Assembly: GCA_963783775.1 (NCBI GenBank)
Contig: CAWAOR010000007.1
Location: forward strand, 99,913-163,912
DNA: 64,000 nucleotides
Direction: 5' to 3'
From: an uncultured delta proteobacterium
GTDB lineage: Bacteria; Desulfobacterota; Syntrophobacteria; Syntrophobacterales; Syntrophobacteraceae
Shown: positions 29,825 to 39,563 of the stretch, piece by piece
How positions within the stretch are numbered: position 1 is the stretch's first letter
Layout: the number at the start of each line of letters is the position of its first letter
Program-made: the position numbers and the translations under genes
Notes under the pieces: model-generated
What the model saw: the letters and a program-made list of their open reading frames with translations, nothing else
Databases searched by the model: none
Told to the model about the DNA's origin: nothing

Positions 29825-29865
29825 GAATGTCGAATATCGAATTTCGAACCGCAGAATGTCGAAGG
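29825..29865. repeat. REP-like element family 2, partial inverted copy
   Basis: gaatgtcgaatatcgaatttcgaaccgcagaatgtcgaagg is related to the reverse complement of the 29952-30050 units (cgaaccgcagaatatcgaa). Confidence 0.7.
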
Positions 29866-29951
29866 AACATAGAGATCTTGAGATGAAAGTGAACAACTTA
29901 TGTTAGTCTTTGTGGTAAGCAACAATCCAGCAAGGCAGGGATTGGATCGAA

Positions 29952-30050
29952 CTTCATCATTCGAAATTCGTTTTTCGATATTCTGCGGTTCGCTTTTCCC
30001 TGAGCTTCATCATTCGAAATTCGTTATTCGATATTCTGCGGTTCGCTTTT
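29952..30050. repeat. REP-like element family 2, two tandem 46-nt units
   Basis: cttcatcattcgaaattcgtttttcgatattctgcggttcgctttt (29952-29997) and cttcatcattcgaaattcgttattcgatattctgcggttcgctttt (30005-30050). They differ at one position. Confidence 0.9.
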
Positions 30051-30101
30051 TGATGGATGTCTTTTTATAGAGTTCTTGAGAGAAAAAAGGAGGGTTTAAT
30101 C

Positions 30102-32204
30102 ATGCTGAGAAAGCGCAAAGGCTTGCTGGCAATTCTGTTGATTCTGGGCACCATGCTGGTTGGCTCTTACTGCCTGACCCAAGCGGCAAGTGTGTCAAGA
30201 ACCGTGACACCACCTCCCGAACCTGACGCGGATCTCCTTATCAATCCTGGGTCAGCGGACCGGGATCTTCCTCCGCTCCTTGGCCAGGGTGCCTTTCCCT
30301 GCAAGCACGTCCTGTTCCTGGATGACCGTTTGAGCAGCGCAGAAGGGAGTTACGACTCCTTTTCGACGTTGAAGAGCACGCTCATCGGGCTTGGTTTTGA
30401 AGTTCAGGAGATACTGCCGCTCGAAATCAGCACCTCGCTCATCGCACCGTACGATATTGTGGTCTTCTCCCTGGGCTGGTATGCGGGCGGTGGAGGACAG
30501 CGGGAGCTCACTGATGCCGAAGCCGCGGTGTTGGTGGAATACGTCAAGTCGGGTAAGAGCCTCTTTCTGGTCGGCGAACTGGGACGTGCTTCCTGGTCCG
30601 GCAAGTGGCGGAAGTCCCTCAACCGGATTTCCCGGAACTTCGGGATCACTTTTGCTAACAACATGTTATGCAGCACCGCCAGTCATTTGAACGACCCTGC
30701 CGATCCGGACGGCGGCGTCGATTTGCCGGTTATCCAAACCATCACCTCGCGCTTTCTGGGAGAAGGCGTCAAGCAGTTCTCCATCCTCTGGGGGTCGACT
30801 CTGCAGGCCCAGGCCCCCGCCCGCATCGTCTCCCGTTCGGATGCCAGCAGCTGGCGGGATAACGACTGCACATGGAATTTCGTGATTGGGAAATGGGAGT
30901 GTGAGCAGGACGCCGATCAACCCTCGGGGACCTACGGCGTGCTGGCGGTGGTGGACAACGGCGCCGGACGCATCCTGGCCGTTGGCGATTCCAGCTGGAT
31001 GGTGAATGGCTGGATCGAGGTCAACGACAACCTCCAGCTCGCCAAGAATGCTTTCACCTGGCTGGCCCGTCAACCGGCCGTCAAGTCCCTCACGGCCAAA
31101 CCCACCTCAGGGAGCGCGCCGCTGAGGGTTAGCCTGACGTGCAGCACCAAGGACCCCGGGACGCACGTGAAGGAGTACCTCTGGGATTTCAACGGGGACG
31201 GCACCACCGATGAAGCCACGCCGTCCGGCAGCCCCAGCATAACCATCAGCCATACCTATGCCGCTGCAGGCACCTTCGCGACCACCTGCACGATAGTGGA
31301 CACCAATGGCTGCTCCAGCACCGCGAGTCCCGTAACCATAGCCGTCTCGGCCAATCGGCCACCGGTGATTGACTCCTTCGATGCCGAGCCGTCCAGCGGC
31401 ATCGGCCAGCTGCGGGTGTCCTTCACCTGTGCGGCGCACGATCCCGATCGAAGAGGCTCGATCACCAATTACCTGTTTGCCTTTGGAGACGGCAACACCA
31501 CCACCTCTCCCAATGGGACAGCCTTCCACACCTATGCGGTGGGGACCTACAACGCCACCTGCACGGCTGTGGACAATCAGGGCGCCCAGACCACTTCCAG
31601 TCCCGTGGCGATCACCGTTCAAGCCAATCAGCCACCCGTGATTGACTCTTTTACGGCCAACCCACAAGCCGGCAATGCACCTCTTAGGGTGAGTTTCCTC
31701 TGCAGCGCCCACGACCCCGATGGCTCAATCAGCTACTACGTTTTGAATTTCGGTGACGGCAACACGACGATCTCAACGTCCGGCGATGGAGCCCAGACTT
31801 ACTCGATTGCCGGCACCTATAACACCACCTGCACCGCCGTAGACAACCGGGGCGCCCAAACCACTTCAAGTCCTCTTCCCGTCGCTGTCAATGGACCGCC
31901 CTTCATCACGAGCTACACCGCCACCGAAGTGGCCGGGGTGTGCGATAATGCCACCCAGACCAGGCCTTACAGCTTCACCTGTTCGGCTTCCGACCCTGAA
32001 AGCTCGATTGCCCGCTATGTGATTGCTTTTGGTGACGACCAGAGCAGTACAGTGACCACCAGTAATACGACCGTGACGGTCTTGCACAGCTACACATTTC
32101 ATGAAGGGTCCAATCTCAACACTACCCAATGCACCGTGTTCGATGACCAGAACGCCACTGCCACATCGGCGCCGGTGACCGTCCAGGTTCACACCTGCGA
32201 CTAG
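30102..32204 (+). CDS. Secreted protein: GldG/DUF4350-like N-terminal domain plus four PKD-like repeats
   Basis: ORF 30057-32204; the start at 30102 has a strong RBS (aaggaggg) and gives MLRKRKGLLAILLILG (signal). The N-domain ends ...NLQLAKNAFTWLAR. Four repeats of the type P.SG.APLRVSF.C.A.DPD..I..Y...FGDG..T......H.Y...GTY..TCT.VDN.G. Confidence 0.8.
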   Translation: MLRKRKGLLAILLILGTMLVGSYCLTQAASVSRTVTPPPEPDADLLINPGSADRDLPPLLGQGAFPCKHVLFLDDRLSSAEGSYDSFSTLKSTLIGLGFEVQEILPLEISTSLIAPYDIVVFSLGWYAGGGGQRELTDAEAAVLVEYVKSGKSLFLVGELGRASWSGKWRKSLNRISRNFGITFANNMLCSTASHLNDPADPDGGVDLPVIQTITSRFLGEGVKQFSILWGSTLQAQAPARIVSRSDASSWRDNDCTWNFVIGKWECEQDADQPSGTYGVLAVVDNGAGRILAVGDSSWMVNGWIEVNDNLQLAKNAFTWLARQPAVKSLTAKPTSGSAPLRVSLTCSTKDPGTHVKEYLWDFNGDGTTDEATPSGSPSITISHTYAAAGTFATTCTIVDTNGCSSTASPVTIAVSANRPPVIDSFDAEPSSGIGQLRVSFTCAAHDPDRRGSITNYLFAFGDGNTTTSPNGTAFHTYAVGTYNATCTAVDNQGAQTTSSPVAITVQANQPPVIDSFTANPQAGNAPLRVSFLCSAHDPDGSISYYVLNFGDGNTTISTSGDGAQTYSIAGTYNTTCTAVDNRGAQTTSSPLPVAVNGPPFITSYTATEVAGVCDNATQTRPYSFTCSASDPESSIARYVIAFGDDQSSTVTTSNTTVTVLHSYTFHEGSNLNTTQCTVFDDQNATATSAPVTVQVHTCD

Positions 32205-32263
32205 CCAGGCCGTCTTCCCTGATGCGACCGCCTTCGCACAGAGGACGAAGTCTCAAAAGTAAC

Positions 32264-32286
32264 CGGGCGGGCATCAAGCCCGCCCA
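32264..32286 (+). terminator. GC-rich hairpin downstream of the first PKD gene (candidate terminator, no U-tract)
   Basis: cgggcgggc atcaa gcccgccc, read directly 60 nt after the stop at 32204. Confidence 0.3.
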
Positions 32287-32450
32287 AAGAACCTCAAAGG
32301 GGCTGCAATCATTCGATCAATACTGCAGCCTCTTGCAGAGGCCTTGAGCGCCAGCCCGGCGGTAGCCGGAATCCAGGTTCCTCAACTAAATGTTCGCTAT
32401 TCGTTTTTTCAGACATGCCGTTTAACACCATTTGAGAACAATAGGGGAAG

Positions 32451-34280
32451 GTGATCGTGCAGAGAAAGCGAAAAGGCATGCCGGCCATTCTTTTGGTACT
32501 GGGCATCCTGCTGTTTAATCCTTGTAGCATGACCGGGGCAGCGAGTGTGACGGGAACTCAGACACCACCTCCCGAACCTCACGTCACCCTCTTTTCAGAT
32601 TCCGGACAACCCCCTGCCGTTCATCACCTGATTCTTGGCCAGGGGGCATTCCCGTGCAAGAAGGTGCTTTTCCTGGATGACCGCCTGAACACCGGCAGCC
32701 CTGATGAATTCTCGACCTTGAAGGGGACTCTGGCTGCTCTCGGTTTTAATATTCAGGAAGTCCTGCCGTCTGAGATCAATGCTTCCCTGCTGGCGGGATA
32801 CGATGTGGTGGTGTTTTCCCTGGGCTGGTATGCCGGAGGGGGCGGTCAGCGGGAAATCACCGACGCTGAAGCGGCGGCCCTGGCGCAATTCGTCGATTCG
32901 AGCAAGAGTCTCTTCCTGGTCGGCGAACTGGGGCATGCCAGCTGGTCGGGCAACTGGCGCAGATCTCTCAACCGGATTGGGGCAAGCTTCGGCATCACCT
33001 TTGACAACAACATGCTCTGCAGCTCGGCAAGCCATTTGGGCTACCCTGACGACCCGGATGGTGGAGTCAATCTGCCCATTATCAAGAACATCACGGCCCG
33101 CCTCCTGAGCGAAGGGGTCACGCAGTTTGCCATGCTTTGGGGAGCGAGCCTCAGGGCTAGGGCTCCCGCTTTGACTGTCGCTCGCTCGGATGCCAGCAGC
33201 TGGCGAGACACTGACTGCACCTGGAATTTCGTGACGGGAGAGTGGGAATGCGGGCAGGACCCAAACGAACCCGCGGGGACTTATCCGGTTATAGCCAGGG
33301 TAGACAATGGTTCCGGACGCATTCTTGCAATCGGTGATTCGAGCTGGATGGTGAATGGATGGATTGATGTCGCTAACAACCTCCAGCTGGCGAAGAACGC
33401 CTTTACCTGGTTGGCCCGCGTCCCAACCCTGAAGCCCCTCACCGCCAAACCCACATCAGGGACGGCACCGCTGAGGGTTCGCCTCACCTGTGCCACCAGG
33501 GACTCCGGAACCCGCGTGGCCGAGTACCAGTGGGACTTCGGCGATGGGACAAGCGCCACGATCGTCTCGAACAACACTACCCTTACGACAAACCATACCT
33601 ACGGCACGGGCGGGACTTACGCAGCAAGCTGCACCGTAGTGGATAAGAGCGGCTGTTCCGGCACCTCGCAGCCACTGACAGTAACCGTCTCTGCCAACAG
33701 GGCACCAGTCATCGACTCATTCAGCGCCAAACCGCAACCCGGGGATGCTCCCCTTCGCGTAAATTTCACCTGCAACGCCCATGACCCTGACCCCAAAGGC
33801 TCCATCACCAACTACCGGTTTGATTTTGGCGACGGCAACGTCACGTCCTCAACCAACGGCAGGGCAACCAGGGTCTATGCTGCTGGCGGAACTTACTATG
33901 CCACCTGCACCGCCGTGGATAACAGAGGTGCCCAAACTGCTTCAAGCCCTCTCCCCATTGCTGTGAACGGGCCCCCCGTAATCCAGAGTTTCACCCCAAC
34001 CGAAGAGGCCTTCGTCTGCGATAATACCACCCATACCCGTCCCTACATGTTCATGTGCCGGGCCTCGGATCCCGAAGGATTGATTGCCCGTTACGAGATT
34101 GCCTTCGGTGACAACAAGACCACCACTGTAACCACCAGTAATACGACCGTGAAGGTCATGCACAGCTACGAATCTCGGGAAGGCAATACCTACAATGCCC
34201 AGTGCACCGTCTTCGACGACCGGGGAGTCAGTGCCACATCATCACCGGTGACCGTCCTGCTTCATTTCTGCAGGATATGA
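32451..34280 (+). CDS. Paralog of 30102-32204: GldG/DUF4350-like domain plus three PKD-like repeats
   Basis: 609-aa ORF, collinear and clearly similar to the upstream gene (QRKRKGMPAILLVLG, GQGAFPCKKVLFLDDRLN, NLQLAKNAFTWLAR), but with one PKD unit fewer. Start at GTG 32451 or 32457. Confidence 0.8.
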   Translation: MIVQRKRKGMPAILLVLGILLFNPCSMTGAASVTGTQTPPPEPHVTLFSDSGQPPAVHHLILGQGAFPCKKVLFLDDRLNTGSPDEFSTLKGTLAALGFNIQEVLPSEINASLLAGYDVVVFSLGWYAGGGGQREITDAEAAALAQFVDSSKSLFLVGELGHASWSGNWRRSLNRIGASFGITFDNNMLCSSASHLGYPDDPDGGVNLPIIKNITARLLSEGVTQFAMLWGASLRARAPALTVARSDASSWRDTDCTWNFVTGEWECGQDPNEPAGTYPVIARVDNGSGRILAIGDSSWMVNGWIDVANNLQLAKNAFTWLARVPTLKPLTAKPTSGTAPLRVRLTCATRDSGTRVAEYQWDFGDGTSATIVSNNTTLTTNHTYGTGGTYAASCTVVDKSGCSGTSQPLTVTVSANRAPVIDSFSAKPQPGDAPLRVNFTCNAHDPDPKGSITNYRFDFGDGNVTSSTNGRATRVYAAGGTYYATCTAVDNRGAQTASSPLPIAVNGPPVIQSFTPTEEAFVCDNTTHTRPYMFMCRASDPEGLIARYEIAFGDNKTTTVTTSNTTVKVMHSYESREGNTYNAQCTVFDDRGVSATSSPVTVLLHFCRI

Positions 34281-34325
34281 TCGGCCCGGCCACTCTCCGG
34301 GGGCTCAATTTCTGAGACAGGGGGC

Positions 34326-35466
34326 TCAGAAAAGCCCGGAGATCATCACCTGCCCCGCCATGCCAAAAAAGCTCTGATCTCGGCCGAAGTGGTTCCAGTT
34401 GGGTTCGTCATGCATGGTGAGCCCTTTGACCCCACATTCCGCCTCGATGTTCGACGTGAGTTTGCGAGCCACCCCCACACCCAACGCAAAATAGTTCCTC
34501 TGTCCCCAGTAGAGCGGCGATGTCAAGGCCTGGTCGTTGCTGCTCATCCAGAGGTAACGCGCCAGGGTCTTGAAGGTGGTCTTGTCGTCCAGAAAGTAGC
34601 TGAATGAAAGGTCTGCCACAATTTCATCGCCCTGATTGAAAGCATAGCTGTTCACATATGTGAGATCCGAACTCTGGATGTATAGCGTGTCCTTGGACCG
34701 AATGATCCCAAAGAGATTCAGACCGGCCGCCCAGTCTTTCCGGGTGTGGGTGACTCCTGCCCCGATGAGGAAGAAATCGCCCTGCTGCGAGAAGTCCTGG
34801 TCCGTTGCTTTTGGCCTTACCATAAGTACTGTAGTTGCCGTAAAGGCGGCTCATCCACTGCTCCGCAAAATAGTAGCGCACTTCCGGCACGATACTGAAG
34901 ATATCTCCCGGACTGTAACTTTGCACTTTCTTGCTATAGTCGTACTCGCCCCGGAAATTATAGCCAAAGCCGACCCCCGTCACCCATTGATCGCCCCATT
35001 GGCGACTGAACATAACGGATGGATTCACATTGAACCCCTCACCCAGAGTGGTGACGGATATCAAATCGGGATCCATGATCAGGCGCATTTCGTCGTTACT
35101 CAATTTGGTGGTTCCGGTGGGCAGATTCATGTCGAGCGCGACCAGGACGTCTACCGGCCATTTCTGGGCAAACTCGTAGGAGAGATTCAGCTTGGTGTCG
35201 AGCATGGCTCCCAGGGATGGGCTGGTCTTGGTGTCTTGACTGAAGCTGGTGTAGGCCCCGCCGGCTACGACGCGCGCTGCAAAATCCTTATACCGTACGC
35301 CGCTGATGAGAGGGAAATAGATCTGTTGCCCCACATCCCCGTTGGGACTGGTCCACCAGTCCGTATGAAAACCCGTCTGCCATTCAACCTCCTGTGCGTG
35401 AGCGAATCCCGCCCCAAACGCCCCAACCGCGATGAACACTGCAAGAATTGCTATGGATTTCTTCAT
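34326..35466 (-). pseudogene. Outer-membrane beta-barrel protein, one frame break as assembled
   Basis: MKKSIAILAVFIAVGAFGAGFAHA signal, alternating-hydrophobic strands, C-terminal ...QVMISGLF. ORFs 34624-35499 and 34326-34823 join at GNYSTYGKAK|ATDQDFSQQ, with one extra A in the run at 34809-34812. 1141 nt minus 1 = 1140 nt. Confidence 0.7.
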
Positions 35467-35552
35467 GGCTTCGCCCCCTCCTGCCTTGTCAATGGTCATT
35501 CAGCCCCACACCCGTGACTCATTATTCTGCGCCGACAACCGCCCGCTCATCC

Positions 35553-36527
35553 CTACTGGCGACCCGTCGGCGGCGCCGGTTGGGAAATGGGTGCTTGTGG
35601 ACGCGGCTCCGGCGGTGACGGCCGAGATCCTTCCATGGTGTTTACCGTTTGGGGTGTTACGAGCCTTTTATCCGATTCATGGGGAGTCAGTTGATTGGTG
35701 AGGGAGGTCTGGTTTCTAAGCGAGCGCAGGAGATTGATACTCTTATTCTCCCCGCCGGACAAACCGAGGGCGCGCAACTCGTTTAAGGTCGTTCGAGCCA
35801 GGTCGAAGTTTGGGTCCGCTTGGATGGCACTCTCACAGGACTTGGCAGCTTCCTGGTAGTTTTTACGGTCGCTCAAATCGACGCATTTGGAGTAGTCTAA
35901 CAAAGCCTTGACGCTTATGGTGATCGGTTTTTTCAGCTCAATTTCTTCCTGCGGGGTAGGCACGATTTTAAGGAACTTCACGATTTCTAGAACCAGTTCC
36001 TTTTCCATTCGGAGTAGTTCCTCAAGAACGCCCTCGGCACTCGGTTGTCCGGTAATCTGGGTGCTAGGAACGTCAAGAACGTTGGACTTGATTTGAAGTG
36101 GGCTGGGCTGGCCCCCCAGGAGGTTGCCTCCCACCAGCCAGCGAGCTCCCAGCATCTTGCCCACACGCGGTGCGGTGCTTTCTTCCACCAGCCCCGAGAC
36201 GCCCAGTTTCATCTCCTCCACCAAGGCCTGCAGACGCACTCTTTCGACTACCGTCAGGCTTTTCACTTTCGAGAGGTCCGTGATGAGCATGACGGTGAGG
36301 CCCTTTTGAAGCGGGTCCAGATCAGACTGTCGGGTCAGATTGAAAAAGTAGAGAACGCCCACGGCATTGGGTGCAGCGGTGGTTTTGAGCGCTTTTTCCT
36401 GCTCCATGGTCTGCTTAGCCCATGCTCGCGCATCTTCAGTCACCACCTGACCACCCCATGCCGCATTGAAAGCAGGGATCGCCAAGAACAGCAAAGCGAT
36501 CAAAACCAGCAGCCTCTTGGTCTTCAT
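35553..36527 (-). CDS. Secreted CsgG-like domain protein with a TPR-like / Pro-rich C-terminus
   Basis: Start at 36527 (MKTKRLLVLIALLFLAIPAFNA signal). VGVLYFFNLT...LTVMLITDLSKVKSLTVVERVRLQALVEEMKLGVSGLVEESTAPRVGKMLGARWLVGGNL is the same fold pattern as 29308-29820. Confidence 0.65.
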   Translation of the reverse strand: MKTKRLLVLIALLFLAIPAFNAAWGGQVVTEDARAWAKQTMEQEKALKTTAAPNAVGVLYFFNLTRQSDLDPLQKGLTVMLITDLSKVKSLTVVERVRLQALVEEMKLGVSGLVEESTAPRVGKMLGARWLVGGNLLGGQPSPLQIKSNVLDVPSTQITGQPSAEGVLEELLRMEKELVLEIVKFLKIVPTPQEEIELKKPITISVKALLDYSKCVDLSDRKNYQEAAKSCESAIQADPNFDLARTTLNELRALGLSGGENKSINLLRSLRNQTSLTNQLTPHESDKRLVTPQTVNTMEGSRPSPPEPRPQAPISQPAPPTGRQ

Positions 36528-36764
36528 TTCATACCCCCCTCTTTTCTGGTTCAAGACGACGACAACCTGCAAGGCGCCTGATGACAAGGCATCCGATATA
36601 ACTAAAAATGTCAGCAGAAGTCACCGAATGGCGACGCAATGGGAATGACAGCAAATAGCACTGAAAATATGCTCGGTAGAGCAGATCCAAACCGACACTA
36701 TATTCCTAGCCGCGGGCCGGATTCCTTGTCAAGGAGAAAGAAGGGTGCGAGAAAAGTAGCTTGA

Positions 36765-37994
36765 TCAGCCTGAGGCAAAGGGAGCGGAGTGCAACCACCG
36801 TTCCATGCGATCAAAGGCCTCGTTGATCTCGGACTCCTTGCCACCAAAGGATATCCGTACATGGTCTTCACCCGCAGGGCCGAAGGCTGCCCCGGGGATG
36901 GTTATCACACGAGCTTCGTGGAGCAGACGCAAGGCAAAGGTCATGGAATCGATGCCGGGAAGCTGGTAATGCATCATCAGATAATAAGCCCCTTGAGGTT
37001 TTACGTAATCAAAAAAGGCTCCCAGCCGCTCCAGGCGCTCACAGACCAGGTCGCGGCGCTGCTGCAGCGCGGCTTTGATCGCCGCGACGCACTCCTGCCC
37101 GCCCTGGAGCGCCGCCAGAGCGGCGTGCTGTGAGAGACTCGGCGCACAGATGGCCACGGCGTCGTGGACTTTCATGATCTGATCAAGAATCCCTCCCGCC
37201 GCGTACACGTATCCTACACGCCAGCCGGTCATGGCGTACTTCTTGGAAAAACTGAAGGTGGCGATGGTCTTCTCGGCAAGTCCGGGAAGGGTGGTGAGAC
37301 TGAAAGGCGAGTGTCCGTCATAGACCAGGAAATCATAGGTTTCATCACAAATGAGGAAAAGGTCATGGGCCATGGCCAGGCCCGCCAGCTCCCGCAGGTC
37401 CGCTTCCGCGAAGTTGGCCCCCGTCGGGTTGTGGGGATTGCACAGAATCATTGCTTTCGTCCGGGGTGTGATCGCCCGGCGAAGCTCATCCATATCGAGC
37501 TGCCAGTTGGCTTGGCGAAGCGGGACAAAGACAGGAACCCCTTCGGCCAGGAGCACCTGTTCGATGTGGGATGCGTAATTGGGTGAAGGAAGGAGGACTT
37601 CATCGCCCCGGTCAACCACCGTAAGCACTGCTGCCGACAGGGCTTCCATGGCCCCCACGGTAACGCAGATCTCTTGGTCCGGATCGACCGGGCGCCCGAT
37701 TTGTCCGCTCAACTGCCGGGCGATGGCTTCCCGCAACTCGGGCATGCCCGGACCCAGAGTATACTTACCGCTGTCCGGATCGTCCCGCATTCTCCGAGCG
37801 ACCGCTTCGACAATGTGGGGCGGAGTGGGAAATGACGGGATGCCCTGGCCCAGAGAAACGCACCCCCCAACCTTGCTGGCAATGAGCGGCATCTCTTTTA
37901 TGGCTGAAATGGTGATTTGAGCCACCCGTCGGCTGATGCCCCGAGTCTCGTATACCTTGCCGGACGCAACCAGAGCGGAACGCTGCGAAGCCAT
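36765..37994 (-). CDS. PLP-dependent aminotransferase, class I/II (aspartate-aminotransferase-like)
   Basis: Intact 409-aa ORF. LCNPHNPTG and the PLP-lysine motif SFSKKYAMTGWRVGY. Confidence 0.9.
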   Translation of the reverse strand: MASQRSALVASGKVYETRGISRRVAQITISAIKEMPLIASKVGGCVSLGQGIPSFPTPPHIVEAVARRMRDDPDSGKYTLGPGMPELREAIARQLSGQIGRPVDPDQEICVTVGAMEALSAAVLTVVDRGDEVLLPSPNYASHIEQVLLAEGVPVFVPLRQANWQLDMDELRRAITPRTKAMILCNPHNPTGANFAEADLRELAGLAMAHDLFLICDETYDFLVYDGHSPFSLTTLPGLAEKTIATFSFSKKYAMTGWRVGYVYAAGGILDQIMKVHDAVAICAPSLSQHAALAALQGGQECVAAIKAALQQRRDLVCERLERLGAFFDYVKPQGAYYLMMHYQLPGIDSMTFALRLLHEARVITIPGAAFGPAGEDHVRISFGGKESEINEAFDRMERWLHSAPFASG

Positions 37995-38012
37995 TAATAT
38001 CTCCTGAAAAAA

Positions 38013-38165
38013 GTGATTAGTGGCTAGTGATTAGTGGTTAGAAAACCGACCCACTGCCATCTAATCATTAGACCGCCACCCACTACCCATAGCCGGCAAA
38101 CCACCACCCATCACCAGTCACTAGCCACTAACCACTAGCCACTAACCACTAGCCACTAACCACTA
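38013..38165. repeat. Imperfect inverted repeat whose right arm is a 14-nt tandem (cactagccactaac x3.3)
   Basis: Left arm: gtgattagtggctagtgattagtggttag (38013-38041). Right arm: three exact 14-mers at 38119-38160 plus cacta. The right arm abuts and overlaps the stop of the GlcD-like gene. Confidence 0.85.
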
Positions 38166-39560
38166 TAAAAACACCTTCCCGGGATTGAGGATCAGATTGG
38201 GATCGAAAATCCGCTTGATACCCTTCTGCAGGCGGATGTTTTCGGGGGAGAGCTCGAGCGGCAGCAGATGCTTTTTTACAAAGCCGATGCCGTGTTCCCC
38301 GGAGATCGTGCCCCCCATGGCCAGGACCAGCTTCAGGACCGCCTCGATACCCTGTTCGATTTGCCCCGTTAGCTCCCGACTTTCGGCGGTAATGTTCAGA
38401 TGGATGTTACCATCCCCCGCATGTCCGAAAGAATAGATCTTCATGCCGAAAGAACGGGCCAGGTCGGGCAACTTGTCGACAAACTCGGCAATCCGTCCAA
38501 GGGGAACCACCACATCTTCAGGGATATACACGGCGGCGTGTTCCTCGATGCGAAGCGAGACCTGGCGGCGGACCTCCCACATCTGGGCCCGCTTGTAGGA
38601 ATCGGGGGCCAGGAAGACATCGACCGCTTCGTGTTCCAGGCAAACCTCACCCATCTTCTCAATTTCTCGATCGATCACCCCAGGAGCTCCGTCGGTTTCG
38701 ATGAGCAGGAACGCTTTGCTGTCTTTGAGTCCCGCAAACGGCAGCAGGTCGCCAACCAGTTCCAGGCACTGGTGGTCCATGAATTCGAGGGCTGAGGGGA
38801 GGTGCCCTGAGGTCAGGAGAGCGGTAACGGCCCGCATGGGTGACTGCAGATCGGAAAACAGCGCCACGAGCGTGGTCACCGCCGGCGGCAAAGGCACAAG
38901 CTTGACGATGAGCTTGGTGATGATGCCGAGCGTCCCTTCGGAGCCGACCAGCAATTGTACCAGATCGTACCCCACTACTCCCTTACGCGTCTGCACCCCG
39001 GCCTGAATGATTTCGCCTGAGGGCAGCACGACTTCGAGGCCCAGAATATAGTTGCGGGTCGTCCCGTACTTGATGCAGGAAGCCCCACCCGCATTGGTTG
39101 CCGCATTGCCGCCGAGGGAACAGGTATCCACACTCGCGGGATCGGGAGGATAGAACAGGCCTTTGCTTTGAACCGCCTTCTTCAGATCCCCGGTAATCAC
39201 CCCGGGTTCCACCACGGCGATCAGGTTCTCGGGATCGACGAGGAGGATCCGGTCCATTTTGGCAAGCGAAAGCAGCACGCCACCCGAAACGGGTACGGCC
39301 CCGCCCGTCAAACCCGTGCCCAGTCCGCGGGGCGTTACCGGAAAGTGACAGGCGTTAGCCAGGCGCAGCAGCGCCTGAACCTCCTGGACTGTTGCGACCT
39401 CAACCAGGAGTTCGGGGAGTCGATGAAGCTCGCTGGCATCCTTGGCATATGGTTCCAGCATATCGGGATCGGCAGTAACCGTCCCTCCGCTGACAACTTC
39501 GCGAATGCGGGCGATAAGCTCTGGTGTAAGCGGGGCATAGATTGAGGGTGAAGCGTTCAA
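38163..39560 (-). CDS. FAD-binding oxidase, GlcD / D-lactate dehydrogenase family
   Basis: Intact 465-aa ORF. FAD-binding PCMH-type N-half (FPVTPRGLGTGLTGGAVP) and C-terminal ISGEHGIG motif. Confidence 0.88.
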   Translation of the reverse strand: MNASPSIYAPLTPELIARIREVVSGGTVTADPDMLEPYAKDASELHRLPELLVEVATVQEVQALLRLANACHFPVTPRGLGTGLTGGAVPVSGGVLLSLAKMDRILLVDPENLIAVVEPGVITGDLKKAVQSKGLFYPPDPASVDTCSLGGNAATNAGGASCIKYGTTRNYILGLEVVLPSGEIIQAGVQTRKGVVGYDLVQLLVGSEGTLGIITKLIVKLVPLPPAVTTLVALFSDLQSPMRAVTALLTSGHLPSALEFMDHQCLELVGDLLPFAGLKDSKAFLLIETDGAPGVIDREIEKMGEVCLEHEAVDVFLAPDSYKRAQMWEVRRQVSLRIEEHAAVYIPEDVVVPLGRIAEFVDKLPDLARSFGMKIYSFGHAGDGNIHLNITAESRELTGQIEQGIEAVLKLVLAMGGTISGEHGIGFVKKHLLPLELSPENIRLQKGIKRIFDPNLILNPGKVFL

Positions 39561-39563
39561 GAG

